Source of the DNA: a virus
DNA length: 64,000 bases
Direction: 5' to 3' (one strand)
Virus record (IMG/VR): IMGVR_UViG_3300017991_003989
Location: 5,960 to 69,959 of that record
The notes beneath the pieces were generated by a model. It ran no database searches and had not been told where the DNA came from. It was given only the letters and a program-made list of their open reading frames with translations. Positions 47,426-57,050 of this stretch are shown here, piece by piece. Within the stretch, counting starts at the first letter, position 1. Each line of letters starts with the position of its first letter. Position numbers and translations under genes: made by a program.

Positions 47426-47719
47426 ATGGCGAGAAGCAGATATAGCAGGCTCGATGTGATAGATGGCGATCATTATGAGACATTTACTCTAGATCAGACA
47501 AACATGTTCAGAGAGCCAGACACATTTTCAGGTGTTAAGACGAGAGAATATGTCGTAAAGCGTGGAGACAGATTGGACCACCTTGCAGCGAGGTTTCTAA
47601 ATGATGACAAATATTGGTGGGTGATAGCGTTGGTAAGCAACATATCAGTTCCATTTCTTACTCCGAGGCAGAAAATAAGAATACCATTGGATGTGAATGA
47701 CGTTTTAGATAGGCTGTGA
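47426..47719 (+). CDS. LysM-like baseplate wedge protein (gp53 / P2 gpX-like)
   Basis: YVVKRGDRLDHLAARFLNDDKYWWVIALVS...QKIRIP. Confidence 0.8.
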   Translation: MARSRYSRLDVIDGDHYETFTLDQTNMFREPDTFSGVKTREYVVKRGDRLDHLAARFLNDDKYWWVIALVSNISVPFLTPRQKIRIPLDVNDVLDRL

Positions 47720-47722
47720 TGC

Positions 47723-49492
47723 ATGGCAAAGTTCCAGACAGGAAACGATATTGACGTATCACTGAGAAGCTCGCAGAAAACTGTTGAGCTTTTGCAGACG
47801 ATAACGCCAGCAGACATCGCTCAGTCTGTTCCATTTCTAAAAATAACGAGGATCGACCCACAGACGAGTGAACCGATGGGAGGGGTGCCAATTCTGAATG
47901 CGTTTTTTCAAAAACCACCGGAGTTCGGCATGCCGGCGGGAGATAGGAGATACGGAGAGAGACCTCCTGTATCGATAGAAAAGTTTGTCGTAAGGACGAA
48001 ACAGAATCTCGGCGTCATTATCCACGAAGAGGTTGAGCTGGACATTGTGGCGCATAGGCCGGGCGCAATATTCAATGATGATGACAGCGTGTGGAATTCA
48101 ATACTGGTCCCCGGCGCTTTACACTTTGCTGAGTATGGATGGGCTGGGACATCGAAGAATGACCTAATAAATGGTTCCGGTTTTGATGATGAGGGAACGA
48201 CGGGAAACTTGAGAGTTCTCGTTCCGTCGAGGAAGACAATTCTATTTGAGACGTATTACTATACATTTAGCATAAAACAGACTGGCGAGATAGTAATAAA
48301 AGTAAAGGCGTATAACATAGGTGATTACATGCTTAGAAGGATGCGTTTGTCTGAGACTGACCTCCTCGAGAGCGATGTTCCTGGACAGCTGCCTAGGCGT
48401 GTGGAGAGAGACAGCAACACAGATCACGAGATACGTGGCGCGATACAGGCTGCGCTCAATGACAAGAAGTCATTTAATCCGAAGAAATATAAGAAGAGCA
48501 AGGAAACTGCGAAGTTATCAGATATACTTGATATCTTTGCAGCAAATACAATTAGTAGAACGGCGAGAGCATGGGGTTATGATGACGTTGAGCTCGTCAT
48601 AGGAAATTTCAATCCACTTACACCGACAACGACGAAGAAATATGGCGCGAAGAAAGTGAGTTCAATCGGAGATTTCGAGATACCGCTGTTCGACGTGATG
48701 AATATAATTTCCAAGTTCGTGAGGAGAGGTTCGAGCCCGGGATTGAGGGCAATAATGACGCAGTTTTTCAGCGTTTGCAATAGGCAAGATGCGTGGAAAG
48801 CGTCGGTCATATCGCTTGGCGAAAAGTCATTCACAAGCCTCAAGCCCAACGTCATGGTTCGTATTGGCGATAAAAATGTGAAGGGCAAGAAGATAATGCG
48901 GATAGCAATCTTCGATAATAATAAGGAATTCACACGCTTTATCGAGGTTGGCACAAGCAAGATAGATGCTACAACGTTGACGAAGGAGAAGGTGCGGAAG
49001 CTTATGGCTAACGCAAACGTTCCTATGATAGAGTTCGGCAACGCTCTCTCTTTCATCAAGGATGCAAATTTCGAGGTCCTTCTAGACAATCAGCTTCAGG
49101 CGCAGCTCATCGAAGCTGCGCACTTAAAGTCGAAAAGCAGAGAAGAGATAGTCTCAAAGACCGATGCTGAAGCAAGGAAGGACCTTCCAGATAAGTTCCA
49201 CTATATTTGGTCGAGTGCACTGAAGGGTAATGTCACTATGCTTGGCAACTTCGCCTTCGACGTATTCTCATATCTTTGGCTTGACTTCGATACTCCCATT
49301 TGGAACGGAGCATTCGTCATTAGACAAAGAGAAGATGTGATAACGTCGGGAGGCTTTGAGACTGTCATGGAGCTTTATAGCGAAGGCGGTGACCCGATGG
49401 GCGTAAGAAAGAGCCGCGACTTGAGGACTGAAGCGAAAAAGAAAGAGGATGAACGAGCCAAGAGAAAACGTGCTAGAAGAAAGAAAAAATAG
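47723..49492 (+). CDS. Putative baseplate hub protein
   Basis: Position after the LysM gene; AEYGW and C-terminal GNVTMLGN...FETVMEL beta pattern. Confidence 0.45.
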   Translation: MAKFQTGNDIDVSLRSSQKTVELLQTITPADIAQSVPFLKITRIDPQTSEPMGGVPILNAFFQKPPEFGMPAGDRRYGERPPVSIEKFVVRTKQNLGVIIHEEVELDIVAHRPGAIFNDDDSVWNSILVPGALHFAEYGWAGTSKNDLINGSGFDDEGTTGNLRVLVPSRKTILFETYYYTFSIKQTGEIVIKVKAYNIGDYMLRRMRLSETDLLESDVPGQLPRRVERDSNTDHEIRGAIQAALNDKKSFNPKKYKKSKETAKLSDILDIFAANTISRTARAWGYDDVELVIGNFNPLTPTTTKKYGAKKVSSIGDFEIPLFDVMNIISKFVRRGSSPGLRAIMTQFFSVCNRQDAWKASVISLGEKSFTSLKPNVMVRIGDKNVKGKKIMRIAIFDNNKEFTRFIEVGTSKIDATTLTKEKVRKLMANANVPMIEFGNALSFIKDANFEVLLDNQLQAQLIEAAHLKSKSREEIVSKTDAEARKDLPDKFHYIWSSALKGNVTMLGNFAFDVFSYLWLDFDTPIWNGAFVIRQREDVITSGGFETVMELYSEGGDPMGVRKSRDLRTEAKKKEDERAKRKRARRKKK

Positions 49493-49576
49493 AACGCTGT
49501 CATTCTTTGAGCAAATGCTATTACAAGATAAATAGTAGATATAATTAATATCAAATGGGAGAAGGCATGTGCCATA

Positions 49577-51046
49577 ATGGAGTTGATGATGTCTCTGGAC
49601 GACCTGAAGGAAAGAGCTGCTGGCTCTGGCTTCGTGTTCGAGGCCATCAAGGATGACACAGGTGTCAAGGGCATATCACTGTCTTTCCATCAAGGGACGG
49701 GCCTCGATCATTTTTACGTTCTGAACGACGACTACGAGAAATTTCGTTCGTTCATCACTGATGTATTCTCGCATTCACACATGAAAGTGTGTTTTGATAT
49801 TCGAGATGTAATCAGCCTTGGCATTGAGCTGAAGGGATATTGCGACGTCATGGCAGTATCGACGATGATGGCCGAGGAAAACCATGTGAGAGCGGTGAAT
49901 TCGGTCATCAAAGAGTGTGACATAGAGGAGTTCGAACGCAGTAGGAAAAGGCTGAGCTCACACGTGAAAGCATGCAAGACAGCGAAGATAGATCTCAGCA
50001 AGCATTCACTTATCGACGTGGTTCCTAGCAAGCTAATGATGAGCCTCTATCGTTTGAAGAACGAGATGACGTGGGAGCTCTACGGCAAGTTGCCGGAGCA
50101 CGAGCTCGACAGGTTCAAGAATGTAATTTACGGCAGGTTGGCGTCTCTTTTCAAGATAGAGAAGAGCCGCGTCAGCGTAAATCCTGTCGATTATGTTGAG
50201 GGTGAAGTCGGAGATAGGAGGTTCATTGAGGACCTAAAGAGAAGGTCATACGATGGGTTCGTCGATGTGAGATACGGGACGGTCTTTAAGAAGACCGGGC
50301 GTGTGCATCCGAAGAAAAGTTTTTGGAACTGCATGAACATACCGAACACTTACGTTAGACGTTCGATAGTGAGTGGATGGGACGGTGGCGTCATCGCCAG
50401 GATGGACCTTAACGCAGCAGACTACAGGTGCATTATGGCATCGACCGATGATGAAGAGCTAAACATGCTCTACTCAGAAGACATGGATTTCCACGACAGA
50501 ACAGCTGAGCTGTTGTTCGGTTTGGGTAGGTCCAATCAGACGAGAAGAAGAGTGGTGAAGGACATCACTTACATGATGCTGTATGGAGGGTCGGACGAAG
50601 TATTGATGAAGAAGACTGGTCTCAGTCGTGAGATGCTTGAGGGCACGCTTAAGAGGCTCGACGAATATGTAGCACCGCTTGTTGAGTTCAAAGAGATGCT
50701 ATTCGAGAAGTCGATGGTAGCGGGATACGTGGAGAACCCGGCCGGCCTTAGGATGAAGTTGGCGGGCGATGAGCACATGGGAAAGGTGTTGGCGTGGTAC
50801 GCGCAGAGCTGCGCCAATGAGGTGTTCTTCGATGGGGTTGCCGCTGTGCTAAGAGAGCTCGAAAGCTCCCTCGCGCTCTTCACCGTCCATGACGAGCTAG
50901 TTATCGACGTCCATCCTGATGAGATATCGAAGCTGAATGAGCTCAAGGAAGCGATGGAGCTTGGGTCGTCGGCTCTGTTCGGCGTCAGGATGAGGTCGAG
51001 CTTAGATGTGGGACCTAACTACTGGGAGATGAAGAGATGGAGCTGA
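49577..51046 (+). CDS. Short family A DNA polymerase
   Basis: KTGR, motif A RMDLNAADYR, DFHDRTA, motif B RRVVKDITYMMLYG, motif C TVHDEL. Confidence 0.85.
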   Translation: MELMMSLDDLKERAAGSGFVFEAIKDDTGVKGISLSFHQGTGLDHFYVLNDDYEKFRSFITDVFSHSHMKVCFDIRDVISLGIELKGYCDVMAVSTMMAEENHVRAVNSVIKECDIEEFERSRKRLSSHVKACKTAKIDLSKHSLIDVVPSKLMMSLYRLKNEMTWELYGKLPEHELDRFKNVIYGRLASLFKIEKSRVSVNPVDYVEGEVGDRRFIEDLKRRSYDGFVDVRYGTVFKKTGRVHPKKSFWNCMNIPNTYVRRSIVSGWDGGVIARMDLNAADYRCIMASTDDEELNMLYSEDMDFHDRTAELLFGLGRSNQTRRRVVKDITYMMLYGGSDEVLMKKTGLSREMLEGTLKRLDEYVAPLVEFKEMLFEKSMVAGYVENPAGLRMKLAGDEHMGKVLAWYAQSCANEVFFDGVAAVLRELESSLALFTVHDELVIDVHPDEISKLNELKEAMELGSSALFGVRMRSSLDVGPNYWEMKRWS

Positions 51047-51345
51047 GCAAGGAAAATTTGGTTAAGCAGGGCACGACGATGGTCAAGCTAATGGGTCAAG
51101 AGATTGAGGTCAGGTATAGGCTTCACAAAGAATTTGCTCCGAACCCCGACGATCCTGCTGGCAATCCGGTCGAGCTGTGGTATCTTTACGTTCCGAGATG
51201 CAACACGTGTTACATGGACCATTCTGAAGAACGGGTTTTCGAGGACATGCATGCGTGCTTTCAGGAGGATTTCATTCTTTATACTGCAAAGAGACTGAAC
51301 GAGGAACGTGAAAAAAGAGAGAAGGAAGAGAATGACGAAAGCTGA
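51037..51345 (+). CDS. Hypothetical protein
   Basis: Coupled ORF. Confidence 0.5.
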   Translation: MELSKENLVKQGTTMVKLMGQEIEVRYRLHKEFAPNPDDPAGNPVELWYLYVPRCNTCYMDHSEERVFEDMHACFQEDFILYTAKRLNEEREKREKEENDES

Positions 51346-51919
51346 GAAGAACATTGAGCGCGTCCAGAAACTGATAAAGACGTTTCCTGACGACAGGTAT
51401 GATCGTGTCCAGCATATGATGGATACGAAAATCGGCGAATACTATTTTACGGCGCCCGCCAGCTCCAGGGAGAGCCATCACTGTGCCTGGCCTGGTGGCC
51501 TGGTGGAGCACTCATTGAACGTCGTGGCGAGCCTCTGGCGCCTGGCAAAGGACCTATGTCCCGACAGGTGGCCGAAGCACAAATTGGCATTTGTGGGGCT
51601 ATTTCACGACCTGGGAAAGGTCGGCGACGGAGAGGTAGAGAGATACGTTCCTCATCCCTCCCAGTGGCACCGCGAGAGGGGGAACATCTACGAGATAAAC
51701 CCCGAGATGCCGTTCATGGAGCATGCTGACGGAAGCATCTACATCCTGCAGAAATACGGTGTGACGCTGGATTTTGATGAGTATGTAGCCATCAGGACGC
51801 ATGACGGGCAGTATCACCCGAACAACACGAGCTACAAGATGAGAGAGCCTGACCTTAGCCTTCTCTTGCACTGGTCGGACATGTGGTCTTGCAAACAGGA
51901 GAAAAAGGGAGGACTGTAG
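51332..51919 (+). CDS. HD-domain phosphohydrolase (YhaM/Cbf1-like)
   Basis: APAS...HHCAWPGGLVEHSLNV, LFHDLGKV, EH, HDG, LLHWSD. Confidence 0.85.
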   Translation: MTKAEKNIERVQKLIKTFPDDRYDRVQHMMDTKIGEYYFTAPASSRESHHCAWPGGLVEHSLNVVASLWRLAKDLCPDRWPKHKLAFVGLFHDLGKVGDGEVERYVPHPSQWHRERGNIYEINPEMPFMEHADGSIYILQKYGVTLDFDEYVAIRTHDGQYHPNNTSYKMREPDLSLLLHWSDMWSCKQEKKGGL

Positions 51920-51937
51920 GAAAGGTCCCACGCGAGG

Positions 51938-51944
51938 ATATTTA
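51938..51944 (+). promoter_or_regulatory. TAnTTA candidate late promoter (ATATTTA)
   Basis: Intergenic, upstream of the putative head-cargo cluster. Confidence 0.5.
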
Positions 51945-51962
51945 GAACAAAGATTTCCACCC

Positions 51963-52526
51963 ATGGGAAGTGATATCATGAAGATTAACAAGAGCGTCGT
52001 AGAGCGAATTGTCAGGGAAGAGACCCTCGCCGTCATGAAGGAATTCATCGATGAGGCTGAGAAGGAAAAAGAGCCGGAAGTAAAGGGCGCAGAGAAGGAC
52101 AATGATAAGACGGAGCCCGAGGCTCCTGCAGATGATATTGCTCCCGAGGTCGGTGCAAAGAAGAAAGATGCTCCGGACGAGGGCGAACCTCCCGTTGCTG
52201 ATAAAGATAAGGATGAACCCAAACCTCCGACAGACGAACCACCGATTGACGACGAGGTTCCTGCAGGCGATGATCCAGCGGATGATGAAATATCTAAGGA
52301 TGTAGAGGATCCAGATGAGGAAGAGCCCGACGGCGGAGACATCTCTAACGAAATCGCGCAGAAGACAGTCCAGAGCATAACGATGGACAAGGACGTGAAG
52401 GATTTTCCGGGCTTTAAAGTGATTGAAATCCAGTTTGAGGACATTCCGTATCCGCTCAGAATTCTCGTTGGACAGAGCGGCTTAGTAAAATTTCATTTTC
52501 GCGGTGCACTTCATAATAGTTTATAA
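51963..52526 (+). CDS. Acidic Pro-rich hypothetical protein, possible head protein
   Basis: MKINKSVVERIVREE leader; D/E/P-rich middle. Confidence 0.6.
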   Translation: MGSDIMKINKSVVERIVREETLAVMKEFIDEAEKEKEPEVKGAEKDNDKTEPEAPADDIAPEVGAKKKDAPDEGEPPVADKDKDEPKPPTDEPPIDDEVPAGDDPADDEISKDVEDPDEEEPDGGDISNEIAQKTVQSITMDKDVKDFPGFKVIEIQFEDIPYPLRILVGQSGLVKFHFRGALHNSL

Positions 52527-52529
52527 ATT

Positions 52530-52976
52530 ATGCCCTTTAAGTCAGACAAGCAGAGAAAGTTCATGTATTCTCAACATCCTGAGATTGCTAAGAAATGGTC
52601 TAAGGAAGAGCACGACGAGAAGGTTCCCGGCGGTCTGGCATCCGGCATGAGCCCCTCGCAGTTCGATCAAGATCAGCTTATGAAGGGCATTCACGTCGAG
52701 CTTGAGCACACTCCGGATATAATGATGGCGATGGAGATTGCCATGGACCATCTGACGGAGGACCCAAAATACTACGTGAAGCTTGATGCAATGGAGAAGG
52801 GAGCGTGTGACGACGTCCCTGACATGCCGAAGATGAAGGAGCTCTACGGAGTTCAGGCGCATGAAGTCGATGACGACATGCTTGATCCGCTAGGCACTGG
52901 CATCGTTCATAGCAAATATCCCTTGAAGTTTGCCAAGGGAATGGGCAGGATAAGCAAGGGAATAACGAACCAGTGA
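52530..52976 (+). CDS. DUF5661-like protein
   Basis: MPFKSDKQRKFM; QLMKGIHVELEHT...AMEIAMDHLTEDPKYYVKL. Confidence 0.65.
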   Translation: MPFKSDKQRKFMYSQHPEIAKKWSKEEHDEKVPGGLASGMSPSQFDQDQLMKGIHVELEHTPDIMMAMEIAMDHLTEDPKYYVKLDAMEKGACDDVPDMPKMKELYGVQAHEVDDDMLDPLGTGIVHSKYPLKFAKGMGRISKGITNQ

Positions 52977-53134
52977 TTAAGCTGTCTGAGTTATACAAGG
53001 GTTTCGATGAGACTGCTCAGCTTGAGGACGAGGAAGAGACTAAAAAGAAGAGGAAGAAGAAAGAATTCACTCACATAGCGAGTGAGTTCGACCCATTTAT
53101 GATTGGTGGGACGGATGGTGGCATTGGGTTTTAG
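52973..53134 (+). CDS. 53-aa small ORF below the track threshold (MIKLSELYKGFDETAQLE...)
   Basis: GTGA overlap with the previous stop; fills the gap to the next gene. Confidence 0.55.
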   Translation: MIKLSELYKGFDETAQLEDEEETKKKRKKKEFTHIASEFDPFMIGGTDGGIGF

Positions 53135-53149
53135 CTTGGGGATGTATCG

Positions 53150-53446
53150 ATGGCAACGACAGATGAAGTAGAACATGCGGCCATAAGGGAAAAGCTGGAC
53201 GAGATGCATGATGACATCAAGCTTCTCAAGAAGACGATGTTCGTCGGCAACGGAAAAGAAAGCGTCATGGTTCGCCTATCCAACGTTGAGAACGAAATTG
53301 AAGACATTGCAGAGGACGTCGCCATTTCTGAGAAAGAGAAGAAGGAGCAGGAGGCTGCATCGAAGAATACGAGAAGCGCAATGTGGGTAGCAGTCATTAG
53401 CGGCATGCTCGGGATTGGTGCTGCGGTCATATCACTTCTAGCCTAG
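53150..53446 (+). CDS. Coiled-coil protein with C-terminal TM helix (holin/XhlA-like)
   Basis: Coiled coil then AMWVAVISGMLGIGAAVISLLA. Confidence 0.45.
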   Translation: MATTDEVEHAAIREKLDEMHDDIKLLKKTMFVGNGKESVMVRLSNVENEIEDIAEDVAISEKEKKEQEAASKNTRSAMWVAVISGMLGIGAAVISLLA

Positions 53447-53455
53447 GAGAACGCA

Positions 53456-56400
53456 ATGAAAAAGATAGATGAGGTCATCATCGATGTCCTCGGTGAGCTG
53501 TCTGGATGGAAGACGGCGACGACGACCACGACGGTGGATAAGACTGGCCCCGGAGGCTCAAGAAGCCGGGGCCAATTTGCTAAGAGCTACCCGATTGGCG
53601 GGATGATCGCGGACCCCGATGAGCGCCCTGAGCTCGACGATGGGACGACCCCGAAGCTTGAGAGAAAGGAAGAGAAGAAGGGCGAGGATTTGGGCTTCGG
53701 CTTCAACGACGCAGGCTACCCTCTTCAGGACAAATACGAATTCCAGGGCATGCCAATCGCCATAGAGAACAGCGCAGGTTCCGTCAGAAAGTGGTATGAT
53801 GAGAACGGAGATGAGACCGGTCAGACGGAGATGCACAACGACTACGGTTACATCGAAGGTGTGAAGGGAGTTGATAAAGATGAAGTCGATGTCTATGTCG
53901 GCTCCAATCCAGATGCCGAGTTCGTCTTCGTCGTGCATCAGACCAAGAAGCCCGACTTCGAAGAATATGATGAAGATAAGGTGATGCTCGGCTTTGAGCT
54001 TGAGGAGCACGCGAGAGAGGCATACCTTAAACATTACGACGATGACCGCTTCTACGGTGGGATGTCGAGCATGCCAATCAGTGCATTCAAGGAAAAGCTT
54101 AAGGACAAAGAACCGAAGATAACTAACGAGGCTGCTTTCGATGGAGAAGAAGAAAGGGCGATATATGGCCTCGGTGATGTGATGACGGACCCATGGGTCG
54201 TTGCAAAAGTCAGAGGGAGGGGATACGACATATCTGATCATGCTGTGTTGGGTTCTGGAGGAATGGGAACTGCGTTCGACATAGGCAATAATAGAGTATT
54301 AAAGTTGACGACGGATGAAGATGAGGCGAAGTCGAGCAATCACATAAGAGGGAAGAACATGAAGAATGTCGTCAGGGTGTTCGACGTGTTCAAATTGCCG
54401 AAGGAACGCTCTGGAAAAGCAGGAGACGTTTACGGCATCGTGCAGGAAAAGCTGCAGGAGATGCCAAATGACAAGGAAGAACAGTTCACTCAGGCGATGC
54501 GTGACCTCAAGAGCGCGACTGGCGTTGCCACGAAATACTTTATAAACGGTCGTCGATGGGACGCATTCGTCGGTGATGTGATAACGAAAGCGGCGAGGCG
54601 TGGAAAAGAGGATGTAGCGAGGAAAGCGCTTGCACAGCTTGAAGATCTTGAGATGAATGACATGGTGGACCAATTGAACACCGCTAACGTAGAGTTCGAG
54701 GACTATCATCCCGGCAACATTATGATGAGAGGCACGAACTTCGTCATCACAGATCTCGGCTTCTCACAATCGCCGGGAGCGGATCCTGACGTGCTTGAGG
54801 CGACGGCTGTGACGAGACCGACGAACTCGATGGCCGCTAGAGCTGCTGTTGCTACCGCGCAGCTTGACCCATCATTCTTCGAGAAATGGAGCGACAAGCT
54901 GCTGAGACGTGGCATTGATACGCATGGAGCGAGGGAGCTCGGACACGGCTCCAACGGAACGGCGTTCCAATTGAAGTCTGGTGAAGTCCTGAAAGTCACA
55001 AAGGATAAGATGGAAGCGAAGACGAGCGCTTACATCAAGGGTAAGAAGTTGAGGAACGTCGTGCAGATATATGATGTGTTCAAGTTCCCCGCGCCGAACG
55101 ACGTGTATTATGGCATCTTGCAAGAGAAGCTGCAGGACATGTCATCAACAGAAGTCAGGAGGTTTGATGACTTGGATGACCTCCTTCAGGATGCAGTTGA
55201 GGACAGTGATGAGTGGAGGGGAGACAACGAGACGACTTCAGGCGGATACTACTCCATACTCACTGGGTTAAAGAACATGACCTGGGACGAGTTCGAGGAA
55301 TACATCTATCATTACGTGAAGACGCCGCAGGCTAAGCTCAAGGCGAAGCGTGCTCTCGCCATGTTAAAAGACCAATTTCAGCTGGATAAGATTGCTGATC
55401 AGCTCGTCGGTATAGGCATTCAGTTTCACGATTACCACACCGGCAATATAATGAGACGCGGTAACGAGCATGTCATTATCGATTTAGGTGTGTCGAGGTC
55501 TCCGGCGCCTGGCGAAATACCGACGCTCGAAGCTGTAATTAGGGAACAGTTGCTCTCTCTCTTTGAGGGCAGCATCTCCAATGTAGATCTGCGAAGGGCA
55601 TTTAAGTCAGTTTCGCCAGAGACGAGGAAAAAGGCGATCGAGTTCTCGAAGAGACATGGAGGGATGGGTTCTCTTATTGGTATGATGAGAGACATGGCTG
55701 GGTGGATCTACGGAAAAGATAATATTAAGAATGAGGGTGGCGCTCACACGACGAAAGAAGACATTCCGTATCTGTGGAAGAACAAGGGCGCAAGAAACGA
55801 ACTGTTCTCTATGCCATCAAAGCCACTGTTTAGAGGAATGTCGTTTGATGAACGAGTTGGTGATGAGGGTGATAGGAAGAGACTTAAGTCGAAGGGAATG
55901 TTCTCATCATGGTCGACAGACCCAGATGTTGCAGAGGGATATGGTGACGAAAAAAGATATAGCTTTCTGTTCAAGCTGATTGGTGGCAACTATGATTTAT
56001 TGTTCTCTGACAAAGATAACACTGTCAGTTGGTTTGACGAATTGTTTGACATATACGTCGAGAATACCTTCATAAAATCAAGACAATACGAGAGAGAGAC
56101 AGTCTTGATAGGCAAAGAATTTGATGTCGTCATAGACGCAATCTATGATAATGACTTCGCTCGCAAGGGCATGGGTCTTACTGAGGCGAAGGCCGACACC
56201 GTCGTCGTGGTCCTAGGTCGCTTCCAGCCGTTCCACAGAGATTGGTCAGAGGAGATACGACAGCTTGCTCGTGAATTTACCAAAGTGGTCCTCATCGTCG
56301 CTGGCAACAAAAAAGATGAGCTGAACCCGTTCTCATACGACACGAGAGTAAAGATGATGAGAGCATCGATGCCGGATGTTGAGCCGAAGCTGGAGGTGTA

Positions 56401-57013
56401 TCGTGCTACCTATGATGGCGTGGATAGTTTCTATCTTCCTGGCATCATAGCAGACATCATCGCAGATCACAACTCCTCCATTAGGCCTGACACTGCGACG
56501 ACCGTGTTGGCAGAACCTAGCCGCTTCGATGAAATAGAGGCTCAGTTTGACAAGGCGAGGACTGAAGATGAGAATGAGCTGTTTGACCCAAATCTATACA
56601 GAGTTCAAAAGTTTGAGCCGCTGGGTGACGATGAGGGAAAACAATTGAATGTTCAGTCGAAGCAAGCAGTGATGAATGATGATAAGGAAGCGTTCAGAGG
56701 AATGGTAGATGAACATCTTGCTTCCAATGATAATGCATTCGATCACATATGGCAGAAGTTGAAGGATGACATTACACCTTTTGACATCGAGGAGATGATC
56801 GGTAAGATGGTGATGGAGTTCATGGGAGCCGGCGTGATGGGCGGCACACACAATACAGCGGGCCTCGGGCACATTGCCGGACGCGGACCATCGGGTGCGT
56901 CCGCCTGGTCGAACTCAAGCATGCGTCGATATACTGATCCGTCAATCTACGGCGACGATTTTACTGCTGGCGATGTCAAGCGTGGCAACGATGATGATGA
57001 CGACCTCGACTAA
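53456..57013 (+). CDS. Polyvalent protein: inorganic pyrophosphatase-like + two protein-kinase-like + ADP-ribosyltransferase-like + nucleotidyltransferase-like domains
   Basis: IAIEN..GSVR...DYGYI...DKDEVDVYVG...DEDKVMLGF; LGSGGMG/VLKLT/DYHPGN/ITDLG; LGHGSNG/VLKVT/DYHTGN/IIDLG; LFRG/FSSWST/YERE; VLGRFQPFH/NPFSYDTR. Confidence 0.8.
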   Translation: MKKIDEVIIDVLGELSGWKTATTTTTVDKTGPGGSRSRGQFAKSYPIGGMIADPDERPELDDGTTPKLERKEEKKGEDLGFGFNDAGYPLQDKYEFQGMPIAIENSAGSVRKWYDENGDETGQTEMHNDYGYIEGVKGVDKDEVDVYVGSNPDAEFVFVVHQTKKPDFEEYDEDKVMLGFELEEHAREAYLKHYDDDRFYGGMSSMPISAFKEKLKDKEPKITNEAAFDGEEERAIYGLGDVMTDPWVVAKVRGRGYDISDHAVLGSGGMGTAFDIGNNRVLKLTTDEDEAKSSNHIRGKNMKNVVRVFDVFKLPKERSGKAGDVYGIVQEKLQEMPNDKEEQFTQAMRDLKSATGVATKYFINGRRWDAFVGDVITKAARRGKEDVARKALAQLEDLEMNDMVDQLNTANVEFEDYHPGNIMMRGTNFVITDLGFSQSPGADPDVLEATAVTRPTNSMAARAAVATAQLDPSFFEKWSDKLLRRGIDTHGARELGHGSNGTAFQLKSGEVLKVTKDKMEAKTSAYIKGKKLRNVVQIYDVFKFPAPNDVYYGILQEKLQDMSSTEVRRFDDLDDLLQDAVEDSDEWRGDNETTSGGYYSILTGLKNMTWDEFEEYIYHYVKTPQAKLKAKRALAMLKDQFQLDKIADQLVGIGIQFHDYHTGNIMRRGNEHVIIDLGVSRSPAPGEIPTLEAVIREQLLSLFEGSISNVDLRRAFKSVSPETRKKAIEFSKRHGGMGSLIGMMRDMAGWIYGKDNIKNEGGAHTTKEDIPYLWKNKGARNELFSMPSKPLFRGMSFDERVGDEGDRKRLKSKGMFSSWSTDPDVAEGYGDEKRYSFLFKLIGGNYDLLFSDKDNTVSWFDELFDIYVENTFIKSRQYERETVLIGKEFDVVIDAIYDNDFARKGMGLTEAKADTVVVVLGRFQPFHRDWSEEIRQLAREFTKVVLIVAGNKKDELNPFSYDTRVKMMRASMPDVEPKLEVYRATYDGVDSFYLPGIIADIIADHNSSIRPDTATTVLAEPSRFDEIEAQFDKARTEDENELFDPNLYRVQKFEPLGDDEGKQLNVQSKQAVMNDDKEAFRGMVDEHLASNDNAFDHIWQKLKDDITPFDIEEMIGKMVMEFMGAGVMGGTHNTAGLGHIAGRGPSGASAWSNSSMRRYTDPSIYGDDFTAGDVKRGNDDDDDLD

Positions 57014-57050
57014 ATTCAATACACATTCAGTTTGAGATTGTAATTATATT

